Assembly: GCA_046346945.1 (NCBI GenBank)
Contig: JAXMHE010000001.1
Location: forward strand, 280,858 to 344,857
DNA: 64,000 nucleotides
Origin: Turneriella sp.
GTDB lineage: Bacteria > Spirochaetota > Leptospiria > Turneriellales > Turneriellaceae
Reading direction: 5' to 3'
Shown: positions 1 to 11,921 of the stretch, piece by piece
Position numbering within the stretch: position 1 is the stretch's first letter
Layout of the letters: every line of letters begins with the position of its first letter
Notes under the pieces: generated by a model
The model's database searches: none
The model's input: the letters and a program-made list of their open reading frames with translations, nothing else
What the model was told of the DNA's origin: nothing
Program-made: the position numbers and the translations under genes

Positions 1-893
1 GGGCCGTAGACATAAGGCCCGTCGGCAAACTGGCGTTCTGCGGCATATTCCTGTGTCTCTTTGCCGTTCTTCACAACCTTTTTTGAACCATAGACGACCG
101 CAAGACGGCTGCGGTCTTTCAACGGCAAAAAGAAATGCGTGTCATGCATGCCCAGCGGATCGGTGATACGTTTGCGGATAAATTCATCGAGCGACTTTCC
201 GCTGACCTTCTCGATGACACAGCCCAGAATATCCGTGGCGTAACCATAGACCCAACCCTCGCCAGGTTGCGACACGAAAGGCAGCTTTGCAAGTTTTTCC
301 ATCGTTTCGCAGATGGTTTCGTTTTTCCCCGAGATGTTCCACGGCGAGCCGAGGGCCAAACCCATATCAGCCGCGCGGTAGAGCTCGGCCACTTCGGGCT
401 GCGTACCATAAGAGATACCGGCGGTGTGGGTGAGCAGATGGTGGATTGTAATCGGAGTTTTCGCCGGGACAATTGTCACCTCGGTGGAATTGGCTTCCCG
501 CACGGCGACATGTGTCGTGGCGTAGGCAGGAATATACTTACTGACTTCGTCGCGCAGTGAAAGCTGGCGCTCTTCGGCCAGAATCAACACGGCGGCACTC
601 GCAATCGCTTTAGTCATCGAGGCGATGCGAAAAATGGTCTGCTGGTCCATTGGCACTTTTGCTTCGCGGTCGCGCCAGCCGACGGCCCGTTCATAGAGCG
701 GATCGCCATCCATCAGCACAAGCGCCACGGCACCGGCGATTTTTCCCGAGCTGACATAACTTTCGAGCGCCCGATCGACATACTTTATTTTTTTGGCCAG
801 CGTGACCGCCGGATCTTCGGGAACAAAGGGATAACCCGCGAGCAGCGTGATCGTGAGGGCTACGAATACGGCCGGACGGGGAATAAATTTCAT
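1..893 (-). CDS. Serine hydrolase, beta-lactamase family (runs off the left edge)
   Basis: Manual translation from ATG 893: MKFIPRPAVFVALTITLLAG...GKIAGAVALV...TIFRIASMTKAIASAAVLILAEE, with an SxxK motif and signal peptide. Missing from the ORF track, apparently because it is truncated by the window edge. Confidence 0.85.
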   Translation of the reverse strand, partial: MKFIPRPAVFVALTITLLAGYPFVPEDPAVTLAKKIKYVDRALESYVSSGKIAGAVALVLMDGDPLYERAVGWRDREAKVPMDQQTIFRIASMTKAIASAAVLILAEERQLSLRDEVSKYIPAYATTHVAVREANSTEVTIVPAKTPITIHHLLTHTAGISYGTQPEVAELYRAADMGLALGSPWNISGKNETICETMEKLAKLPFVSQPGEGWVYGYATDILGCVIEKVSGKSLDEFIRKRITDPLGMHDTHFFLPLKDRSRLAVVYGSKKVVKNGKETQEYAAERQFADGPYVYG

Positions 894-903
894 TGTGCAA
901 CAG

Positions 904-944
904 CCGCAGAAAGCTGCGGGGCCGTCAGCTGCGAGGCTAACGGC
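904..944. repeat. Two adjacent GC-rich hairpins (REP-like or 5'UTR structure)
   Basis: CCGCAG-AAAG-CTGCGG then GCCGTCAGCT-GCGA-GGCTAACGGC, directly upstream of the hydrolase start codon. Confidence 0.45.
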
Positions 945-1045
945 AGATTGTAAATCGGGATTTATTGGCAGGCCATGACGTGGCCCGCAATATTCTTTCA
1001 AAGGTATTGACCCGATGACGGGAAAAGCGGCCCGACTGAGCGCCT

Positions 1046-1333
1046 ATGCTCAAAGGATTTCGCGCTGTGGGTTATCTGGAAGGAATTTCGTTTTTGCTGC
1101 TCATATTGCTCGCAATGCCCCTGAAATATATTCTGCACGAACCCATGGCTGTCAGGGTCATTGGCTCGCTGCACGGCCTGTTATTCGTTGCCTATTGTGG
1201 CCTGGCGTTGGTTTTGTTTTATAGGGCTAAATGGCCGGCGACACAGTTACTCCTCTGCTGGTTACTTTCGTGTCTTCCGTTCGGAACTTTCTGGTTTGAC
1301 CGCAAATATCTGCGACCCGTTGAGGCAGGTTAA
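1046..1333 (+). CDS. DUF3817-type small membrane protein
   Basis: FRAVGYLEGISFLLL...GSLHGLLFVAY...LPFGTF pattern; three hydrophobic segments. Confidence 0.75.
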   Translation: MLKGFRAVGYLEGISFLLLILLAMPLKYILHEPMAVRVIGSLHGLLFVAYCGLALVLFYRAKWPATQLLLCWLLSCLPFGTFWFDRKYLRPVEAG

Positions 1334-1336
1334 CCT

Positions 1337-2296
1337 ATGGAAAAACTTCCCTGGGAAGACCAGTTCATGGCCAGCGTGCCGGCTTTTATCAAAGCAGGCA
1401 TGCCCGAATCACGCGCCCGCCAGCTTTTGCAGGATTACATCCGCCTTGCGCGCACCACTGCGCTACCCGCGGTGCTCGACTTTGAACACCACCCGGAACT
1501 GGCCGCGAATACGTCGCCGTTTCTTGAACGCGACGCCGAAATACACGACCTGATGCTGGCTATTGTCACGCCGCTGCTGAGCCGGTTTACTGTGAAGGGT
1601 CTCGAAAATTTTGAAAAGATTATTTCATGCCTGCACACCACGGGCGTGACGCTGGTGGCAAACCACCTGAGCCTGTTTGACGCGGCCGTCGTTTATGCGC
1701 TTTTATACCGCGAGCCTCATCTGAAACAATATGCCCAAAATATTTTCTTCATCGCCGGTCGCCTGGTATTCACGTCGGATTACAGCCGAGTTGCCGGGCG
1801 CATGTTCCACCAGATGCTGGTTGCTTCGCCGCGCGATATGGCGGAAAACGAACCGATTAAGCGCGAACTGGCCCGGCTGAATATCCGTTCGTTTAAAGAG
1901 GGTAAAGAGCGGCAGCGGCAGGGACACATCCTGGTGCTTTATCCCGAAGGCACGCGCAGCCGCGACGGAAAGATGCAACAGTTTCATGCGGCACTGTATA
2001 ACTATCTCGACGGCACGGTTGTATTGCCGGTGGCCATCACGGGTGCGGACAAAATCCTGCATTCTGACAGTGTCACTTTTGAGCTGACGGAGGGTAGCAT
2101 GACAATCGGCGAACCGGTCTTCATAGGCACGGCCGAAGCGGCGCCGCAAAACATCCGCGCCGTGGATATTTCATCCTTCCCCAAAGATACCCGCAAACAG
2201 CAGGCAATGGACATCCTGGGCCGTTCGATTGCCGCGGCCTTACCTGAGAATATGCGGGGCATTTACGCAGACGGTATTTCCTCCGTTCCCCGCTAA
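1337..2296 (+). CDS. Lysophospholipid / glycerol-3-phosphate acyltransferase (PlsC family)
   Basis: NHLSLFD (HX4D) and YPEGTRSRDG motifs. Confidence 0.85.
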   Translation: MEKLPWEDQFMASVPAFIKAGMPESRARQLLQDYIRLARTTALPAVLDFEHHPELAANTSPFLERDAEIHDLMLAIVTPLLSRFTVKGLENFEKIISCLHTTGVTLVANHLSLFDAAVVYALLYREPHLKQYAQNIFFIAGRLVFTSDYSRVAGRMFHQMLVASPRDMAENEPIKRELARLNIRSFKEGKERQRQGHILVLYPEGTRSRDGKMQQFHAALYNYLDGTVVLPVAITGADKILHSDSVTFELTEGSMTIGEPVFIGTAEAAPQNIRAVDISSFPKDTRKQQAMDILGRSIAAALPENMRGIYADGISSVPR

Positions 2297-2301
2297 AGGA
2301 C

Positions 2302-2329
2302 TGCATACCCGCCGGAGTTTTGCCGATAT
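2302..2329 (+). promoter_or_regulatory. Possible sigma28 promoter of the MCP gene
   Basis: Perfect -10 GCCGATAT at 2322-2329; the -35 (TGCA, N16) is weak. Confidence 0.4.
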
Positions 2330-2335
2330 TCGTAG

Positions 2336-3937
2336 GTGGCAGAGGGGTTCGCTGAAAAGCCGAAAAGCGCATCGGGGGTTTTCTGGAGTCTTACGCTACG
2401 CATCGAGCTCCTGACTCTTGGACTGTTTATTCCATTTATAGGCTATTTTTTTCTGCTAATCGGGGGTTTGAACGAAAGCCAGGTCCTGGATTTTATTGTC
2501 TGTCTCGGTTACGCCGGCTTCCAGGATTTTTTGCTGCACACACTGATGCGGCGCCTTCGACTGCTGCCATTGCTCCAGAAGCTTCACCCGGAGCTCAGTG
2601 CAGAAGAAGCGCGGCGGGTCAAGATCCGGTTATTGAATTATCCTTTCTTTGAAGCATGGCTTGCACCCGTGCGCTGGTACGTGGGGATGCTGACTCTGTT
2701 TTTGGTATTTGCGACACGCCATGACGTTTCGACGATTTTTATGGCGAACCTCTTTCTTCTGCCGACCGCCGGCAATGCCATTGCATGGTATTGTTTTTTT
2801 ACTCTCTGCGAATCGGCGCTCGCGAATCTGCAGGCGACGCCGCTCCTGAGCTCGGTATCAGTTGAGCCTCGCGAACACCATAGTCTGACCTTTTCGGGCC
2901 GCTTTCTGCTGGCTACGACCGGTTTAGCTATTTTGATTCTCTATTTTTTCAGTTACATACTGCACGTGCCGGTGGCGTCGCAGGTTTTCCATGCTCATCC
3001 ATGGGTGCATAGTCTCGGCAGCTTTGGTGTAATGCTCGGATTCGCACTGTTCTCGGGTTATCTGACCTATCGCTCATTTAAGCCCGCACTGAAGGAAACG
3101 ACAATCGCTATTGAGGCTATCACCAATGGAAAACTTTCTGTCTACGTGCCGCAGTTCGGCGCGCATGATATTTCGGGAATTGGCCACCTGATCAACGAAC
3201 AGGCAGGCAGGCTCCGGGAAGTCGTGGGGCAGGTGCGCGCCGAATCGGAGGCGCTATCATCCGGTGCGACCCGGCTGGAAAAAGAAGCAGCTGATCTCGC
3301 GCACGAGGCAGATGCACAGTCCCATTCGGTCAGGCACGTGGCGCAACAGATTCACGAGATTGGCGGCGCTATTTTAGAAGCGAAGCAGAGTATGGCCGAT
3401 ACGGTGCAGGCGATCGAAACCGGATTCAACGCCATCTCCGAGGTTTCCGACAGAATGACAGAAATCGAGAAACAGAGTTCTGAAATCGACCAGACGCTCG
3501 GCGTGATCGACGGCATTTCGAGCCAGGTGAACCTGCTGGCGCTCAACGCCACGATCGAGGCCGCGCGCGCCGGCGCCGAGGGCCGCGGATTTGCGGTCGT
3601 CGCAGATGAAATTTCGAAACTATCGGACCAGACGAAGAAAAATTCGCGCCGCATTCACGATGCGATTCAGGCCGCGAGCGACCGCTCCAAAAAAGGCAAA
3701 GTGGCGGTTTCGCATGCAAGCGAACAATTTGAAAAAATCAGCGAATTCAGCGGACAGAATGCGCAGCACATCGACCAGATTGCCAGCGCCTCGGGTGACG
3801 AACTGGCACGCAGCATGGGACAGATTACCGGCACAACCGGACAGGTCGTCAGCTCAAGCCGCCAGGTAGAAAATCTGGCTAATGAATTCCGCTCCAAAGC
3901 GCAGATTCTCGAGCAAGTCGTGCGTTATTTCGACTGA
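2336..3937 (+). CDS. Methyl-accepting chemotaxis protein
   Basis: Multiple N-terminal TM segments, HAMP-like linker, and the MCP hairpin [30 protein letters not shown]. Confidence 0.93.
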   Translation: MAEGFAEKPKSASGVFWSLTLRIELLTLGLFIPFIGYFFLLIGGLNESQVLDFIVCLGYAGFQDFLLHTLMRRLRLLPLLQKLHPELSAEEARRVKIRLLNYPFFEAWLAPVRWYVGMLTLFLVFATRHDVSTIFMANLFLLPTAGNAIAWYCFFTLCESALANLQATPLLSSVSVEPREHHSLTFSGRFLLATTGLAILILYFFSYILHVPVASQVFHAHPWVHSLGSFGVMLGFALFSGYLTYRSFKPALKETTIAIEAITNGKLSVYVPQFGAHDISGIGHLINEQAGRLREVVGQVRAESEALSSGATRLEKEAADLAHEADAQSHSVRHVAQQIHEIGGAILEAKQSMADTVQAIETGFNAISEVSDRMTEIEKQSSEIDQTLGVIDGISSQVNLLALNATIEAARAGAEGRGFAVVADEISKLSDQTKKNSRRIHDAIQAASDRSKKGKVAVSHASEQFEKISEFSGQNAQHIDQIASASGDELARSMGQITGTTGQVVSSSRQVENLANEFRSKAQILEQVVRYFD

Positions 3938-3991
3938 ATGCTGAAGTCTTGTCTACTCGACAGCCGACTCCCGAGTTGCAATGCGTGACGC

Positions 3992-4399
3992 ATGAAACGA
4001 ATCGTTTTTCTTCTGGTAGCAATGCTGCCTTTCACCCTATCCGCCGCGCGCATCAAAACCGAGAGCGGCCTGCAGTTTGACGTTGTTAAACAGGGAAAAG
4101 GAAGCGTTGCACAATCGGGCAAACGCGTCCAGGTGCACTACACGGGCTGGCTAAATCAGAAGGGAAAGAAAGGCGCGAAGTTCGATTCATCTGTCGATCG
4201 CGGCAAGCCGTTTGTCTTTGGCCTGGGGCAGGGTATGGTTATCAAAGGGTGGGATGAAGGTGTTGCCGGCATGAAAGTGGGTGAAAAGCGTACGCTCTAC
4301 ATTCCATCAGAACTCGGTTATGGCGAGCGCGGGGCCGGTGCATCGATACCGCCGAATGCAGACCTAATCTTCGATGTAGAGCTTCTCGACTGCGAGTAA
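3992..4399 (+). CDS. FKBP-type peptidyl-prolyl isomerase with signal peptide
   Basis: VHYTGWL...FDSSVDRG..F.FGLGQGMVIKGWDEG; N-terminal signal peptide. Confidence 0.95.
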   Translation: MKRIVFLLVAMLPFTLSAARIKTESGLQFDVVKQGKGSVAQSGKRVQVHYTGWLNQKGKKGAKFDSSVDRGKPFVFGLGQGMVIKGWDEGVAGMKVGEKRTLYIPSELGYGERGAGASIPPNADLIFDVELLDCE

Positions 4400-4403
4400 A
4401 ATT

Positions 4404-4733
4404 ATGAAAATAGAAATTACCAAAGAAGGCGACGGCCAGGCGGCGAAAGCGGGCCAACAGGTGCGCGTGCACTACACGGGCTGGCTCGACGATGGCGGCA
4501 AAAAGGGAAAAAAGTTCGATTCGTCGGTCGACCGTGGGCAGCCGTTTGTTTTTGGCTTGGGCCAGGGCATGGTCATCAAAGGCTGGGACGAAGGCGTCGC
4601 TGGCATGAAGATCGGGGAAAAGCGCACGCTGTTTATTCCATCTGCCAAGGGCTATGGTGCTCGTGGGGCCGGTGGAGTGATTCCTCCGAACGCCGACCTG
4701 ATCTTCGACGTGGAACTGCTCGGCCTCGATTGA
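4404..4733 (+). CDS. FKBP-type peptidyl-prolyl isomerase, cytoplasmic paralog
   Basis: Same FKBP motifs, no signal peptide. Confidence 0.95.
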   Translation: MKIEITKEGDGQAAKAGQQVRVHYTGWLDDGGKKGKKFDSSVDRGQPFVFGLGQGMVIKGWDEGVAGMKIGEKRTLFIPSAKGYGARGAGGVIPPNADLIFDVELLGLD

Positions 4734-5389
4734 TGCGCGCAAAAGCACTGATTAATCCTGCTCTCTTCATATCGGCAGCATGGATGTCTGTGCATTGCTT
4801 TGGCACGATCGTGGTGCCACCTGTCACGATCACCGGACAGAAAACCGCAACCGAACGGCAGATTATCGGCGAACAGACAGAGCTCGAAAAGGATGTTTGG
4901 ATGATCTCGTCGGCCAAAACAGCCGAACATGCCGAACTGGAATCAAAACCAAAAGAAGTGCGGCAATCAATGGAGCGTGAAAATGCTGCCACCTACCGCG
5001 CTTTCCTGAAATTTGAAATGTTCTCCGGCCACCTGGCGCAATTGAAAAAGGACCGTGTCGTCGGTGAAAACAACAAAGGCTTCGTCGCTAATTTGTTCGC
5101 CGAAAAAGCTGAGGTTCCGGCAGAAATGCGCGAAAAATACGCCGCAAAACACGCCGATGAAGTGGAGCTGGGTCGCCCTTACCGCACGCTGATCCAGACA
5201 GTAAAAGAAATCAACGAAGGGCGTATGCTTGCGGCAAAGGGTTATGTCGAAAGCCAGAAGCGCGCGAACAAAGCCTTCAAGGCGACGGAAAAAGAAATAC
5301 TCGCTTCACAGAAAGACAAATACCAGCAGGCTGCGCTCAAGGGCGAAATGGTGCAGGCTGCGGACGGCACCTGGGCACCTAAGGATTGA
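4730..5389 (+). CDS. Exported protein, DUF1318/YdbL-like
   Basis: Signal/lipoprotein-like N-terminus; TGQKTATERQIIG and VGENNKGF segments recalled from this family. Confidence 0.5.
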   Translation: MMRAKALINPALFISAAWMSVHCFGTIVVPPVTITGQKTATERQIIGEQTELEKDVWMISSAKTAEHAELESKPKEVRQSMERENAATYRAFLKFEMFSGHLAQLKKDRVVGENNKGFVANLFAEKAEVPAEMREKYAAKHADEVELGRPYRTLIQTVKEINEGRMLAAKGYVESQKRANKAFKATEKEILASQKDKYQQAALKGEMVQAADGTWAPKD

Positions 5390-5395
5390 TAACCG

Positions 5396-5740
5396 ATGTC
5401 AGATTCAGAGCGCAAAGTGAATGTCGAACTGATGGGGAAAACTTTCACCATCAAAGGTGACGCAGACCCTGAATACATGGCGAGCGTCGCGGGTTACGTG
5501 AATGGCAAAATCGCCGAAATGCGCAAGCTCGCCACGACCGACCAGGTTAAAATGCTGCTTTTGACGGCGCTCAATCTCGCCGACGAATTGTTCCAGGCGC
5601 GCCGCGGCATTCAGGTGTCGCCGGCCGATGCGCAGCAGATTGAAAAGCGCACGCAGGCTCTGTTAAAAATGCTGGAAACAGGGCTTGTCGGCCAGTACAC
5701 CCAGCCGCGCCCTGAAATGGATAGTGACTCGCGCGATTGA
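5396..5740 (+). CDS. zapA: Cell division protein ZapA
   Basis: VNVELMGKTFTI...YM..VAGYVNGKI...LLTALNLADELF. Confidence 0.88.
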   Translation: MSDSERKVNVELMGKTFTIKGDADPEYMASVAGYVNGKIAEMRKLATTDQVKMLLLTALNLADELFQARRGIQVSPADAQQIEKRTQALLKMLETGLVGQYTQPRPEMDSDSRD

Positions 5741-5769
5741 TGCCCTGGGCGCACCAATCACATTGAAAT

Positions 5770-6351
5770 TTAACGCTGTTTACCCTCGATAACCTGTAGC
5801 AGGACTACCGCAGCAAGACCCAGACGGCGATCGAGTTTTTTGCCGGTGTCGGCTGTAAAATCCACCTTCATCTGTGGCAGAAACGGATTCCACGTTTGTT
5901 TCGCATGACCGACCGGAGTTTCACCGATGGCGAGCATAAACTTCTGCGGAATAATATTCGCCAGATAGCGGCGGATCATTGCAAGCAGCATGCTTTCTTC
6001 TTTGATTGAGCCAATCACCGCATCGTTCTTGTCGAGAATTTCCCAAGCGTCCATCACAAAAGAAGACATCATACCTTTACGGCGCAGAACACCGATCTTT
6101 TCGCCGGTGGCAACATCGGTCACGTCATATGCTGCGCTGAAGTCGATAATATTGCGCGCATTGATCTTGAGCACGGGCCTCGTTTGCGCTTCGTCAGCAA
6201 ACATCGTGATATCTTCTCTAAGCTTGAAAGCCTTTTGCTTCACATAGAGCAGCAGGTTGGTCTTTGTTTCGTCAAAAATACGGATTGTATTCCCGAACAG
6301 TTTGAAGAACTTCATTTTTGCGAAATAGGTATCGCGGTTAAAAACATCCAT
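5770..6351 (-). CDS. LURP-one / scramblase (Tubby-like) family protein
   Basis: VKQKAFKLREDI...IIDFSAAYDV..GEKIG.LRRKG pattern; GGAGG RBS. Confidence 0.6.
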   Translation of the reverse strand: MDVFNRDTYFAKMKFFKLFGNTIRIFDETKTNLLLYVKQKAFKLREDITMFADEAQTRPVLKINARNIIDFSAAYDVTDVATGEKIGVLRRKGMMSSFVMDAWEILDKNDAVIGSIKEESMLLAMIRRYLANIIPQKFMLAIGETPVGHAKQTWNPFLPQMKVDFTADTGKKLDRRLGLAAVVLLQVIEGKQR

Positions 6352-6358
6352 AAAACCT

Positions 6359-6382
6359 CCGCTCGACCCATTGGTCGAGCGG
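6359..6382. repeat. 10-bp hairpin between mlaC and the downstream gene, overlapping the edge of its RBS
   Basis: CCGCTCGACC-CATT-GGTCGAGCGG. Confidence 0.6.
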
Positions 6383-6393
6383 GTCAGGGCACA

Positions 6394-6975
6394 CTATTTC
6401 TTGTACTTGGCGAGCAATTTATTGAGTTCGCCCATCAGGCCTTCAAATTCATTTTCTTTAAGAACCTTAGCAAACTGCGACCTGTATGTGCTCGACAGGC
6501 GCACACCTTCGACTTCAAAATCATAGACACGCCACTGCTCACCCTTTTGCGTCATCATATAGTTGACCTTGGCCATCTTGCCCTGGTATTCAAGCAGAGT
6601 CATCACCGTTGCACGGTTACCTTTGATTTCTTCACCGGCAAATTCGATTTTATTACGTTCGTATTTGTCTATTTTATCGAGATAAAACTCTAACACGAAG
6701 CGGCCGAATTTATCCGCAAACTCTTTCTTTTGCGCATCGTCGAGCTTCTTGTAATCGCTTTTGAGCGTATTCGCCGCCATCTTTTCCAGGTCAAAATTGC
6801 TGTGATACACCTCGGTAATGATCTGGCGTTTTTCTTTTTTGGACTTTTTGCTGTCGAGAGTATGCAGTACCTTAGAAACCGCTTTTTTGACGATTTCCTG
6901 CGGGCTGGTGGCAAAAACGGAAACAGAGAACAGAAGGGCGGCCGCAAGTGCGGTACGCTTCACATGAATGAACAT
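6394..6975 (-). CDS. mlaC: Phospholipid-binding periplasmic protein MlaC/Ttg2D
   Basis: Signal peptide; FDLEKMA..TL...WRVYDFEVEGVRLSSTYRSQF; abuts mlaA. Confidence 0.88.
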   Translation of the reverse strand: MFIHVKRTALAAALLFSVSVFATSPQEIVKKAVSKVLHTLDSKKSKKEKRQIITEVYHSNFDLEKMAANTLKSDYKKLDDAQKKEFADKFGRFVLEFYLDKIDKYERNKIEFAGEEIKGNRATVMTLLEYQGKMAKVNYMMTQKGEQWRVYDFEVEGVRLSSTYRSQFAKVLKENEFEGLMGELNKLLAKYKK

Positions 6976-7842
6976 TCAGTCGGCTACGTTCTTTCGGGTA
7001 TTCTGTAAATAAATATCGCGAATAAAGGCGTACGGATCAATCGAGTCTTTAATCAGGTTTTCGTATTCGTCAGGGTCGAGCGAGAACCGGTTTACGGCGC
7101 GCGCCGAATAGAGGCCGACGGCTATGCCGGCAGTCACCCAGAAGGTATCAGGCTGAATATAGACCGGTACAATCAGCGTTTGTGGCTGGAAGGTGAGGTC
7201 GCCGCCAAAACCGAAGGTGCCGCGCACCGTATAAGGCCCGATGAAGGGCCAGACAACATATGGACCCTCGGGTATCCCCCACTTGCCAAACACCTGATCG
7301 AAGTCTTCATTTGTCTGCTCGAGTGAGAAAATCTCTTTCGAGGCATTATAGAACCCCAGCATGCCGACGGTGCCATTGATCACAAACTGCGCCGTTTCTT
7401 TTCCTGTGCCGGTGAACTTTGCCTGCAACAGGTTGCTCACCAGACGGCCCGGCGTGTAAGCCCAGTTGAAGAAATTGTTAATCCCCTGGCGCAAGAAGGC
7501 GGGCGTGATGAAGTTCCAGCCCTGCGCGACGGGCTTCATCAGGTACCGGAAGAACACGTCGTTGAATGCGTGCATCTTGCGGTTGAAACCTTCCCACGGG
7601 TCGTTGATGACCAGGTCTTTTTCTTCTTCTGCCTCGTCCGAATCATTAACTGAGCTCTTGGCCTGCCCGATGTCCGCACTGCTTTCTTCTGTTACCGCAC
7701 TGGCCGCGGTTTTCTTCGGAGAACTGCTGCAATGGATGAAAACCAGGGACAGGGAAATCAACAGAGCAAACAATACCCGCACTGGCACGAAGTGGAATTT
7801 ATTTGCAGCAGCTCTTGTAAAGTAAGTTATCGCGAACGCCAT
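6976..7842 (-). CDS. mlaA: VacJ/MlaA family lipoprotein
   Basis: DPWEGFNRKM, EDFDQVFGKWG and GPYVVWPFIGPYTVR motifs; lipobox FIHC; start codon uncertain. Confidence 0.9.
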   Translation of the reverse strand: MAFAITYFTRAAANKFHFVPVRVLFALLISLSLVFIHCSSSPKKTAASAVTEESSADIGQAKSSVNDSDEAEEEKDLVINDPWEGFNRKMHAFNDVFFRYLMKPVAQGWNFITPAFLRQGINNFFNWAYTPGRLVSNLLQAKFTGTGKETAQFVINGTVGMLGFYNASKEIFSLEQTNEDFDQVFGKWGIPEGPYVVWPFIGPYTVRGTFGFGGDLTFQPQTLIVPVYIQPDTFWVTAGIAVGLYSARAVNRFSLDPDEYENLIKDSIDPYAFIRDIYLQNTRKNVAD

Positions 7843-7975
7843 TCTGTTGCGATGCTGTCCAACTCGCATTAGGAGAATTCTCCTATATGCCGGCATTTTA
7901 GGAAATTGACTGGCGTCAAGAAAAGATGTTCGTGTGGCCGGCAGAAAAAAGCTCGTGCATCAGGCGCGAAAACTC

Positions 7976-9628
7976 ATGAGGAAAGTGTCATACCTGTTGT
8001 CAGTGGTGTGTCCAATTTTTTTTCTGCAATGCAAATCGTGGGGAAAATTCTGGGAAGTTGGAACAATATCCATCAATGCACTCGGTACCCGTAGTACGGG
8101 CGAACTGTGGACGAATACACTGATCGGCACTGCAACAGGGCCGGTCGCAAGCGTTGAACTATCAATAGGGGGCGGAAGCTGGGCTGCTGCAACCGGGACA
8201 AATTCTTGGCGGTATTCAATTCCTTTCTCTGCCAACCTGAAAGTTGGCAAGAGTTACACTTTCAGCGCGCGCGCCCTGGGTAGCGACGGGAATCTGATGG
8301 CCACCCAAACCGGTGTCTTATTGCGCCAGCAGAACCATGATATTAACGGCGATGGTTACGCAGATTTTGTCGTGGCGGCAAAAGCGCGTAACACGTCGAC
8401 CGGGTCTGTCTATATCTACTATGGCTCTGCAAACCTGGCATTTCCCGCGTCAGCCTCTCTCGCACCTGCAATCATTACCGGCGGTGGCACGCAGCGGAGC
8501 TTCGGCACTTCACTCGCGCTGGGTGACATCAACGGTGACGGGTTCTCCGACCTGGCGGTCGGTGGCGAACAATATCCCACGGCGCTCTACCAGGGTGGTA
8601 TGTGGATTTATTACGGCAGTGCAAATGGCATCGCCAGTCAGGCGGCCTTGGTGACTCCCGCCTACACGGGCCTGGCAAATAGCGATTATTATGGCGGTGC
8701 AATCGCCGTGTGCGATCTGAATGGCGATGGTTATCAGGATATTAGCGTCGGAGCACGCGAACGCTCAAGCCAGGCCGGTGAGCTCTATTCTTATTTAGGC
8801 TCTGCCTCTGGCCTGGCATTAGCAGTTGCTACGACAAAAACCGGGACGACTGGTGAGCGCGTCGGGTCGTCTCTGGCCTGTGCAGATGTCAATAATGATG
8901 GCCTCGCAGATTTGGTGGCCGGTGCCCGTACGAGTGCAAACGGCACCGTTTATGTGTTCCACGGCAATGCATCGGGCTTCAACACGGTTGCCGCCGCAAC
9001 CATTCAGGGCGAAGCGAGTGGCGACGGATTAGGCGAAGGAATCTTCGCCGGTGATTACAACAATGACGGCTCTACTGACTTGATTGTGCAAGCCCGGGAC
9101 CGCAATGCCGGGGCAGGTGCAAGCCAAGGTGTAGCCTACCTATTGCCCGGCAGTGCCTCGGGATTTAGTAATTTCTCCGCCAATAGTTCAACGCATGTGA
9201 ATTTTTCGGGTGAATTGGCCGGAAGCACATTCGGCAGCCGCGCGGTTATCACCGATGCCAATGGTGATGGTCTGAGAGATATCTTCCTGTCCGCTTACCT
9301 GCCCGCATCAGCCGCTGGCGCAGTCTATTATATGCCGGGTTCGGGCTTTTCGAGCCAGAATGCATCGGCGCTCGCGAACAAAATTTCGGGTATCACTGCA
9401 GGTGACGCGTTTGGTATCGCACTGGCCGTGAAGGACTTAAACGGTGATGGTAATCCCGACATGATTGCCGGTGCATATAACAGAAATGCCGGAGCAGGCG
9501 CTGGCCAGGGAGCCCTGAGCATTTTCCTCGGCCAGGGCTCTGGATTTTCTAGTCAGAATTCCGCAGCCGCAAACCTCACAATAGCCGGAGAAGCTGCGGG
9601 AGACAACTTCGCGTGGCCTGTACATTAA
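7976..9628 (+). CDS. FG-GAP (integrin-alpha beta-propeller) repeat lipoprotein with N-terminal Ig-like domain
   Basis: Repeated DINGDGYADFVV / FGTSLALGDINGDG / GSVYIYYGS units; signal peptide ending LQC, followed by KSWGKFWEV. Confidence 0.88.
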   Translation: MRKVSYLLSVVCPIFFLQCKSWGKFWEVGTISINALGTRSTGELWTNTLIGTATGPVASVELSIGGGSWAAATGTNSWRYSIPFSANLKVGKSYTFSARALGSDGNLMATQTGVLLRQQNHDINGDGYADFVVAAKARNTSTGSVYIYYGSANLAFPASASLAPAIITGGGTQRSFGTSLALGDINGDGFSDLAVGGEQYPTALYQGGMWIYYGSANGIASQAALVTPAYTGLANSDYYGGAIAVCDLNGDGYQDISVGARERSSQAGELYSYLGSASGLALAVATTKTGTTGERVGSSLACADVNNDGLADLVAGARTSANGTVYVFHGNASGFNTVAAATIQGEASGDGLGEGIFAGDYNNDGSTDLIVQARDRNAGAGASQGVAYLLPGSASGFSNFSANSSTHVNFSGELAGSTFGSRAVITDANGDGLRDIFLSAYLPASAAGAVYYMPGSGFSSQNASALANKISGITAGDAFGIALAVKDLNGDGNPDMIAGAYNRNAGAGAGQGALSIFLGQGSGFSSQNSAAANLTIAGEAAGDNFAWPVH

Positions 9629-9734
9629 GAGCCCGGCGAATTAGAGTGATTGCGCTTCGTATTTCATGGGCATATTACTTACACAAAATGCTACTTTTCT
9701 TTTCAGCATGTCGAATTCATAGGCTAAGGGCTCA

Positions 9735-11816
<2,082 letters not shown>

Positions 11817-11838
11817 CCGCAGTAACCGCTTTTTGGCG

Positions 11839-11866
11839 TAAGTGCCCGGGCGAAAGAAGCCGATAT
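11839..11866 (+). promoter_or_regulatory. Putative sigma28 promoter
   Basis: TAAG-N16-GCCGATAT upstream of the response regulator. Confidence 0.55.
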
Positions 11867-11921
11867 TCAAGCAGAGGTAAAGGCACCCGTGACGCGGTAA
11901 ATCCTACTCAAAATAACAGAT

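Noticed and set aside
119-900. ORF-track calls 119..472, 135..560 and 691..900
   Set aside because: Shadow frames of the minus-strand serine hydrolase that runs off the window.
5741-5769. 6S RNA, often found downstream of zapA
   Set aside because: Only about 30 nt separate zapA from the convergent gene.
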